The position numbers and the translations under genes were made by a program. A stretch of DNA of 19,988 nucleotides from Candidatus Micrarchaeaceae archaeon. Lineage in GTDB: Archaea > Micrarchaeota > Micrarchaeia > Micrarchaeales > CABMGC01. Of the stretch, positions 14,459-19,988 are shown one piece after another. The notes beneath the pieces are model-generated. The model was not told the DNA's origin. It searched no databases and was given only the letters and a program-made list of their open reading frames with translations. The stretch lies in NCBI GenBank assembly GCA_038873795.1, contig JAVZDR010000008.1, positions 1 to 19,988 of the forward strand, in the 5' to 3' direction. Each line of letters opens with the position of its first letter. Position 1 is the stretch's first letter.

Positions 14459-15724
14459 ATGCAGGAGTTCGATGGGTTTGTTGATGACATAAGAAACCTG
14501 GGTGGAATAGTATTCATAAGGCTGAACACTGCTAGAGGATATAAGCAAGTCACTATAAACAAGAAGGTTGCAAGCAAAGGGATGCTTGATTCGCTGGACA
14601 AACTTACGCGCCAGTCATGCATACGCGTCCTTGGCTCAGAGAGGCCCGACCCCACAACCAAAGGGAGGATGGAGATAATACCTACTTCAATAGAAGTATT
14701 GAGTCTTTCAGAGAAACCCCTCCCGCTTGATCCGTCAGGCAAGACTCCTGCATTGCTCGATACAAGGCTTGAATGGCGTGCATTGGACCTTAGGAGCCAG
14801 AGGAACAAAGATATCTTCAAGGTCGAATCTAAAATAGTAGAGGGGATGTCAGAGTACTTCAGAAAAAATGGTTTCGTACAGGTCTTCACGCCAAGCCTGA
14901 TGGGCACGCCTGCCGAAAGCGGCTCTGACGTGTTTGCCGTGAATTACTATGGTAAGAATGCATTTTTGAGGCAGGATCCCCAGTTGCATAGGGAGCTCAC
15001 AATTCTTGGGGGCATTGATAAGATATTTGAGATAGGGCCAAGCTGGCGCGCTGAGGTAAGCCATACTGTGAGGCATCTTAGCGAGCATAGGACATGCGCT
15101 GCCGAGATCGCATACATAAAAGACGAAAAGGATGTGATAAAGCTGGAGTCTGAGATGGCGAGGAGTATCTTCTCACTTGTAAAGAGCGAGTGCGGCGATG
15201 AGCTTGAAAGGTTCGGCATAGACTTGGAGGTGCCAAAGCTGCCAATTCCGGTGCTCAATTTCCCGGAGGTATATGATATAATAGAGGAAATGGGTGGCAC
15301 TGTAAAGAGGGGCGAAGATTATGACAAGTCAGGGGAGGACCTGCTTGCCAAGTATGTAAAGGAAAAATTCAAGACAGACTTTTTCTTTGTAAATAGATTT
15401 CCATTTTCGGCGAAGCCTTTCTATGTTATGAGATTCGACGATGAGCCGCAGTGGGCTAGGAGCATAGACTTCATTTACAAGGGGATGGAAATGAGCTCTG
15501 GCGGCCAAAGGGAGCACAGATACGCAAAGATCATAAAGCAGATAAATGAAAAGGGCATGAGCCTCTCTAACCTCGAATGGTTTACCAAGTTCTTCAAGTA
15601 CGGTGCACCTCCGATGGGCGGTTTCTCGATTGGAATTGAGAGGCTCACAATGCAGATTCTGAAATTAGACAACGTTAGGGAGGCAGCGCTATTCCCAAGA
15701 GACCCGGAAAGAATGACGCCGTAA
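14459..15724 (+). CDS. aspS: Aspartyl-tRNA synthetase (archaeal type)
   Basis: OB fold IRNLGGIVF, RLEWRALDLR, motif 2 EIGPSWRAE..HT.RHLSE, EMSSGGQR, and motif 3 GAPPMGGFSIGIERL...LFPRD. Confidence 0.95.
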   Translation: MQEFDGFVDDIRNLGGIVFIRLNTARGYKQVTINKKVASKGMLDSLDKLTRQSCIRVLGSERPDPTTKGRMEIIPTSIEVLSLSEKPLPLDPSGKTPALLDTRLEWRALDLRSQRNKDIFKVESKIVEGMSEYFRKNGFVQVFTPSLMGTPAESGSDVFAVNYYGKNAFLRQDPQLHRELTILGGIDKIFEIGPSWRAEVSHTVRHLSEHRTCAAEIAYIKDEKDVIKLESEMARSIFSLVKSECGDELERFGIDLEVPKLPIPVLNFPEVYDIIEEMGGTVKRGEDYDKSGEDLLAKYVKEKFKTDFFFVNRFPFSAKPFYVMRFDDEPQWARSIDFIYKGMEMSSGGQREHRYAKIIKQINEKGMSLSNLEWFTKFFKYGAPPMGGFSIGIERLTMQILKLDNVREAALFPRDPERMTP

Positions 15725-15814
15725 TTTTGCTTGCTTTATTGCCGATTTTTGCATTTACGCAGTGTAACGTATTTTTTGAAAAACTTTTTTAAATAGCCAT
15801 TAACATGTTTAATC

Positions 15815-16285
15815 ATGTACGTTGACAACCGGTCGTTGCTGGTCAAGGATGTGATGAGTTTCCCAGTGATCACTGCGACTGCAGATGAGAGCATCAAAAA
15901 GATAGCACTGAAGATGAAGAGCAACAGAATAAGCTCAGTTGTAGTGGTTGATAAGGGCAATGTACCGATAGGTATTGTTACCCAAGGGGATATAGTAGAG
16001 AGGCTTATAGCTAAGACCAGGAACCTGCTCTTTGCCAAGGCCAAGAACGTGATGTCTACACCTGTCATAACGATTAAAGGGGATGTGACGCTTGAGAATG
16101 CGGCCAACACAATGGCCAAGAACCGTATAAAAAAACTCTGCGTAGTCGATGACAACGGCAAGCTTGTAGGAATAATAACCGAAGGGGATATAGTCAAAAA
16201 TGCCAGCTCTCTCATAGACGTACTAAGAGAGATGATAAATACAGGCTATGCGCAAAGGAATGAGGAAGAAGCAGCAATGAGGTAG
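15815..16285 (+). CDS. CBS domain-pair protein
   Basis: Two CBS repeats: VKDVMS...GIVTQGDI and KNVMS...GIITEGDI. Confidence 0.93.
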   Translation: MYVDNRSLLVKDVMSFPVITATADESIKKIALKMKSNRISSVVVVDKGNVPIGIVTQGDIVERLIAKTRNLLFAKAKNVMSTPVITIKGDVTLENAANTMAKNRIKKLCVVDDNGKLVGIITEGDIVKNASSLIDVLREMINTGYAQRNEEEAAMR

Positions 16286-16300
16286 CCTGCAGCTCTTTTT

Positions 16301-16606
16301 CTACAATACATCTATGCTTTCCTCTGAGTAGCCCAGCGAGAGCAGAGCTTTCTTAACCGCATCTTTGTGGTCGCCCTGTAGCTCTATAGTGCCGTGCTTT
16401 GTCGTGCCGCCGCATGCCAGAAGGCGCTTTAGGTCCTTTGCAGTCTTTTCGATCTCGTCGCTACTCAGCCCCTCTATTATGGTGACGTACTTCATAAACT
16501 TCCTCTTAGAAGTGAAGACCCTTACCTTCTTGCTGCCCTCTTTATCAAGGATATCGCAAACGCACAATTCTTTGGGCAGGCCGCACCTTGGGCAAATATC
16601 AGACAT
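16301..16606 (-). CDS. sui1: Translation initiation factor aIF-1 (SUI1/YciH)
   Basis: CPRCGLPKELCVC zinc knuckle, VTIIEG, LACGGT and IELQGDH. Confidence 0.96.
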   Translation of the reverse strand: MSDICPRCGLPKELCVCDILDKEGSKKVRVFTSKRKFMKYVTIIEGLSSDEIEKTAKDLKRLLACGGTTKHGTIELQGDHKDAVKKALLSLGYSEESIDVL

Positions 16607-16803
16607 TAGTATTTTACACCTCTTTGGCCAAGCACCGTGAGTATTTGGGCGATGCTTCTTTTCATTTCCCTAGTTTTTATTTTCTTGCTCGCTACCCCTG
16701 TGGCAGCTATCTTCCTCTTTTCTATGCCAAGCTCAAGCCTAAGATCCTCTAGCTTGCTTAGCAACGCATCGTTTGACATATTCCTAATCTCTTTTATCTT
16801 CGT
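16606..16803 (-). CDS. rpl29: 50S ribosomal protein L29 (uL29), apparent ACG start
   Basis: Manual translation gives (M)KIKEIRNMSNDALLSKLEDLRLEL...TREMKRSIAQILTVL, in the expected operon position. Its stop overlaps the sui1 ATG. Missed by the ORF track. Confidence 0.92.
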   Translation of the reverse strand, partial: TKIKEIRNMSNDALLSKLEDLRLELGIEKRKIAATGVASKKIKTREMKRSIAQILTVLGQRGVKY

Positions 16804-17430
16804 TTATTCACCTATTGCAATATTCTTTGGTAGCTCTACCTTTGTAATTTTTTGCTTTGGAAAGATTGTGCCGGGCTGCACTATGCGCACCGTAACGCCT
16901 ATAGCGCCATACTTTGGATAAGCCGCAACTTTGGCTTCGTCGACGAACTTTGTTATATCCCCCGCCTTTGGCAGGTAACCCAACCTCACTTTTATCGTTT
17001 TTGCCCTAGCGCCCTTTGCAGCCAGCTTTCCAGAGGCGACTATCTCTGCTCCGAGGGCACCGTTGAGCATTATGTCCCTTATTGCTGAGTGAAGCAGCGC
17101 CCTTGGGTTGACTCCACGCTCAAGCGAATTTGCAATGAACCTGGCAACGAGCCGTGGCTCAAGCTTCTCGTTCTGCACCTCGGCCACGCTTATTTCTGGG
17201 TTGTCTATCTTGAACCTGTTGCGTATTACTTCTGTTATGCTGTTTATCTTTTCGCCTCCCCTGCCTATTACCCTGCCTGGGTTAGTTACATATACCGTTA
17301 TTCTAGTTATGAGTGGTGTCTTCTGTATCTCCACCCTTGAAAAGCCGGCCTTGCTCAGCTCCTTCTCCAAGTATTGGGAAATCCTGAGCTTTATTATACC
17401 ATCTTCAATGAATTTTTTTTCTACGACTAT
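16804..17430 (-). CDS. rps3: 30S ribosomal protein S3 (uS3), apparent ATA start
   Basis: EKKFIEDG, KH domain PGRVIGRGG, and GALGAEIVASGKL. Homology begins at ATA 17430; the ORF-track ATG at 17553 lies deep inside rpl22. Confidence 0.93.
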   Translation of the reverse strand: MVVEKKFIEDGIIKLRISQYLEKELSKAGFSRVEIQKTPLITRITVYVTNPGRVIGRGGEKINSITEVIRNRFKIDNPEISVAEVQNEKLEPRLVARFIANSLERGVNPRALLHSAIRDIMLNGALGAEIVASGKLAAKGARAKTIKVRLGYLPKAGDITKFVDEAKVAAYPKYGAIGVTVRIVQPGTIFPKQKITKVELPKNIAIGE

Positions 17431-17434
17431 GCAA

Positions 17435-18076
17435 TCAACCCTTTTCCACAGCTTCAACAGGCAGAGCCTTGGCCTCTTCCTTTTCTTTCTCTGGTCTCTT
17501 CTCCTTTGGCTTGCCCGGCTGCGCAACCGGCTCTCTTGGCCTGTATTCAGCATTTTTCTTCTTTATGAAGTATTTCATGTTTTTTGTGATACTCTCGCTG
17601 CCTTCCTCAGCCAATGCTATCTCGACTTTTGCGTACTCAAGGTCGCTGTGCCTTATCGCAGACCTACCATACATCCCCCTGCCCCAGTATATACCTCCTT
17701 TCGATGGGTACCTTCTTTCTATCCTTGTCTTGTTTGCAGCGGCATGGATTATGAACATCTCGCTGCCGTCAAAGCCTTTTGAATTTGCATTGGCCATTGC
17801 ATTTATCAAAACGAGCCTGACGTACTTTGCGGCTTTGACAGGCCATGCACCCTTCCTCCCACCCAGCTCGTGCCTAGATCCCATCCCTTTGTTGTGCCTC
17901 TTGAAAGGTATTGGCATCTCCATCGCTATTAGGCTATCGAGCATCTCCATCGCATTTGATGCCTTGAGATAGCGTATGGCATCACATACCGCAGAGAGTT
18001 GCTTGTAGCTGGCGTTTATGTCGTACTTCTGCGCGGTTACGAGATTTCTTTTTGGAATCTTCAATGAGTATTTCAT
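17435..18076 (-). CDS. rpl22: 50S ribosomal protein L22 (uL22)
   Basis: SYKQLSAVCDAIR, IPFKRHNKG..R, GAWPVKAA and NAMANA, with a charged C-terminal extension. Confidence 0.95.
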   Translation of the reverse strand: MKYSLKIPKRNLVTAQKYDINASYKQLSAVCDAIRYLKASNAMEMLDSLIAMEMPIPFKRHNKGMGSRHELGGRKGAWPVKAAKYVRLVLINAMANANSKGFDGSEMFIIHAAANKTRIERRYPSKGGIYWGRGMYGRSAIRHSDLEYAKVEIALAEEGSESITKNMKYFIKKKNAEYRPREPVAQPGKPKEKRPEKEKEEAKALPVEAVEKG

Positions 18077-18468
18077 TATTTCACCGCAAGGAATTTGCTT
18101 CCTCTCGTTGCCCTTATGCCAGGTGCGGAATGCTTTACAGGCATTGTTGTAAAGATGAATTCACCGAGCCTGTGACCCAGCATCTCTTGCGTTATAACCA
18201 ATTCCTTGAACTCCTTGCCATTGTAAACAGCAAACTTCATGCCTATCCAACTTGGGAGTATGACAGCCTCCCTCACGTGGGTTTTTATTGGTTTGCCGCT
18301 TGCCGATTTCTTTGCTGCATTTACCTTCTTTATCAGCTTTTCATAGTCTATGCCAAGCCTCTTTATAGACCTTCTCTGCCTTGATTTCAGGAGCTTGGCA
18401 AAGTCTGATACGCTCATTGACTGCAGTTCATCAAGCGTCTTGCCCCTGAATGTAAACATCCTAGCCAT
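18076..18468 (-). CDS. rps19: 30S ribosomal protein S19 (uS19)
   Basis: FTFRGKTLDEL, KTHVRE, VYNGKEF, MLGHRLGEF and PGIRATRGSKF. Start adjusted to ATG 18468. Confidence 0.97.
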   Translation of the reverse strand: MARMFTFRGKTLDELQSMSVSDFAKLLKSRQRRSIKRLGIDYEKLIKKVNAAKKSASGKPIKTHVREAVILPSWIGMKFAVYNGKEFKELVITQEMLGHRLGEFIFTTMPVKHSAPGIRATRGSKFLAVK

Positions 18469-18469
18469 G

Positions 18470-19189
18470 CTAACCCCTCTTTCTTCTGCCAATGCGCCTT
18501 GCGGCTATCTGGCCCACCTTTGCCCCAGGAGGGGCATGCCTCGAGGCTATGGATGAGGCACCCTTGTGGTGCTGTTTGCCTCCAAAAGGATGGTCAACAG
18601 GATTGCTTTTCACGCCTCTGTTTTTAGGCCATGTGGCATTTATTGCATGCTTGATATAGTAGTTCTTCCCAGCTTTCATTATTGGCTGGGCCTTCATTCC
18701 GCCGCCAGCGGAAACGCCTATCTCAGCTCTGCAGTTCTCGTCTAGCTCAATAACAGCCTTAGATGGCAGCCTTATTGAGACTTTTCCATTGGCGTGCGAA
18801 ATAACATCTGCATACTCGCCTGCTGACCTTGCTATCCTGCCACCGTCGCCGGGCCTGGCCTCTATATTGAAGACAGGTATGCCATCAGGCACATTTCTTA
18901 GAGGAAGGACGTTGCCGAGCGCGACGCTTGCGCCTTCGCCTTGCTGTATTGGGCTTCCAACATATATTCCTTCTGGTGCTATAAGCATCGACCTCTCACC
19001 ATTGCTGAACTCTACAAGCATCAGGGGTGCGCTGTGGCCGGGGTCGTCAAGAAGCTGCACAACTTCACCATTAAGGGTGAGACCTTGCTTTACAGGGGCA
19101 AAAGAAATGTCAGCCTTGAATGTATTCGGGGGCTTCCTATATGCGTTGCTGCCTTTTCCCCTCCTTTGCTGCCTTAATCTCTTTCCCAT
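18470..19189 (-). CDS. rpl2: 50S ribosomal protein L2 (uL2)
   Basis: MGKRLRQQRRGKG, DPGHSAP, PGDGGRIARSAG, NPVDHPFGG and PPGAKVG. Start ATG 19189. Confidence 0.98.
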   Translation of the reverse strand: MGKRLRQQRRGKGSNAYRKPPNTFKADISFAPVKQGLTLNGEVVQLLDDPGHSAPLMLVEFSNGERSMLIAPEGIYVGSPIQQGEGASVALGNVLPLRNVPDGIPVFNIEARPGDGGRIARSAGEYADVISHANGKVSIRLPSKAVIELDENCRAEIGVSAGGGMKAQPIMKAGKNYYIKHAINATWPKNRGVKSNPVDHPFGGKQHHKGASSIASRHAPPGAKVGQIAARRIGRRKRG

Positions 19190-19194
19190 AAATA

Positions 19195-19446
19195 TCACAC
19201 AAGCTTCAGCTTCAGCGCTATGTCGCTCGCTTTGAATTTCTTGGCTACCTTTATGTATGCTTTCTTCTTGTTCTGCGGCATCCTAGCTGTCGAGACCCTC
19301 TCGACCTTCACTCCAAATGTCTTCTCAAACTCCTCCTTTATATCGCTGTTCTTCGAGCGCATGTCAACTATATAGGTTATGATATTATCTTTCTCTATCA
19401 TGTTTATTGCCTTTTCTGTTGCGAGCGGATAGAGCAGTAACTTCAT
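19195..19446 (-). CDS. rpl23: 50S ribosomal protein L23 (uL23)
   Basis: YPLATEKA, FGVKVERV and KKAYIK. Confidence 0.96.
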   Translation of the reverse strand: MKLLLYPLATEKAINMIEKDNIITYIVDMRSKNSDIKEEFEKTFGVKVERVSTARMPQNKKKAYIKVAKKFKASDIALKLKLV

Positions 19447-19988
19447 TCTTCCACCTTTTTATCAATTTGGGCGAGTGCATTTATCGCGCTCTCGCTCCAT
19501 ATTATGAGCCTTGGCATGGCGCCAGGCGCCAGAAGCCCCACGCTCATTTTGTCGACGCTGCAGACATCTACCCCAGGTATGTTACGGCCTGCCCTTTCTA
19601 GGTTCTTTGAATCCTTCGCCACTATCAGCGCCGTCTTCCTGAATTTCCTTACAGTTGCCTTTGAGTTCCTTCTGAACCTCCTGATCTTTGGCTTGTGAGA
19701 CAATCTTATCTCGTCCATGAGATTGAGGTTCTTGAAAAATGCCATAAGCTCCTTGCTCTTCGAAAAATTTTCAATCGATGAATCCACGACTATTGGCAGC
19801 TCTATCTTAAGGCCGAGCCTCTCTTTAAGCTCATTGCTTGCCGAGGCAGCAATGGCTGATTCTAGCGCAGAGAGCCTCTCCTTCGCGTTGATCCGCTCCA
19901 CCAGCCTTTTCTCAACCTTCTGTGGATGCGCCCTCCTGCCTTTCGTGCTTGAGGGGATTCTCCTGACATAGCCCATCGCCCCGCCGCC
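19443..19988 (-). CDS. rpl4: 50S ribosomal protein L4 (uL4), 5'-partial
   Basis: KGRRAHP, INAKE...SAIAAS, RNIPGVD and LAPGAMPRL. The frame is open to the window edge. Confidence 0.96.
   Translation of the reverse strand, partial: GGGAMGYVRRIPSSTKGRRAHPQKVEKRLVERINAKERLSALESAIAASASNELKERLGLKIELPIVVDSSIENFSKSKELMAFFKNLNLMDEIRLSHKPKIRRFRRNSKATVRKFRKTALIVAKDSKNLERAGRNIPGVDVCSVDKMSVGLLAPGAMPRLIIWSESAINALAQIDKKVEE

Noticed and set aside
17431..17553. 41-aa N-terminal extension of S3 given by the ORF track
   Set aside because: Overlaps rpl22 by 119 nt and has no S3 homology.
9929..19971. Numerous opposite-strand ORFs over PEPCK, the aminotransferase, prs, aspS, the CBS gene and ribosomal genes
   Set aside because: Shadow frames of well-supported genes, with no independent motifs.

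Overview
Gene-dense archaeal core-genome window. The compact layout, divergent housekeeping proteins and a tRNA with a non-canonical intron suggest DPANN, probably Micrarchaeota/ARMAN-like (inference, no database search). In order it contains: a partial VirB11/FlaI/TadA-type secretion ATPase missed by the ORF track, a winged-helix protein, ornithine carbamoyltransferase, a hypothetical protein with a P-stalk-like tail, rps8e, a ~270-nt highly structured intergenic segment, Cgi121, PiT/DUF47, short XPF, RIO1, an orphan PD-(D/E)XK-like protein, aIF1A/aIF2-beta, SRP RNA plus intron-containing tRNA-Ser(GCU), a thiamine-binding protein, GTP-PEPCK, an aminotransferase, an EF-Tu domain II-like protein, a degenerate PRPP synthetase, AspRS, a CBS protein, and the L4-L23-L2-S19-L22-S3-L29-aIF1 part of the S10 cluster. 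The best novelty candidates are (1) an unassigned multi-hairpin ncRNA on the minus strand at ~3893-4166, (2) a protein ending in a ribosomal P-stalk-like C-terminal motif next to rps8e, (3) apparent ATA and ACG start codons for S3 and L29 beside aIF1, and (4) an SRP RNA lacking helix 6. No CRISPR array or mobile element was seen. All RNA folds were done by eye.
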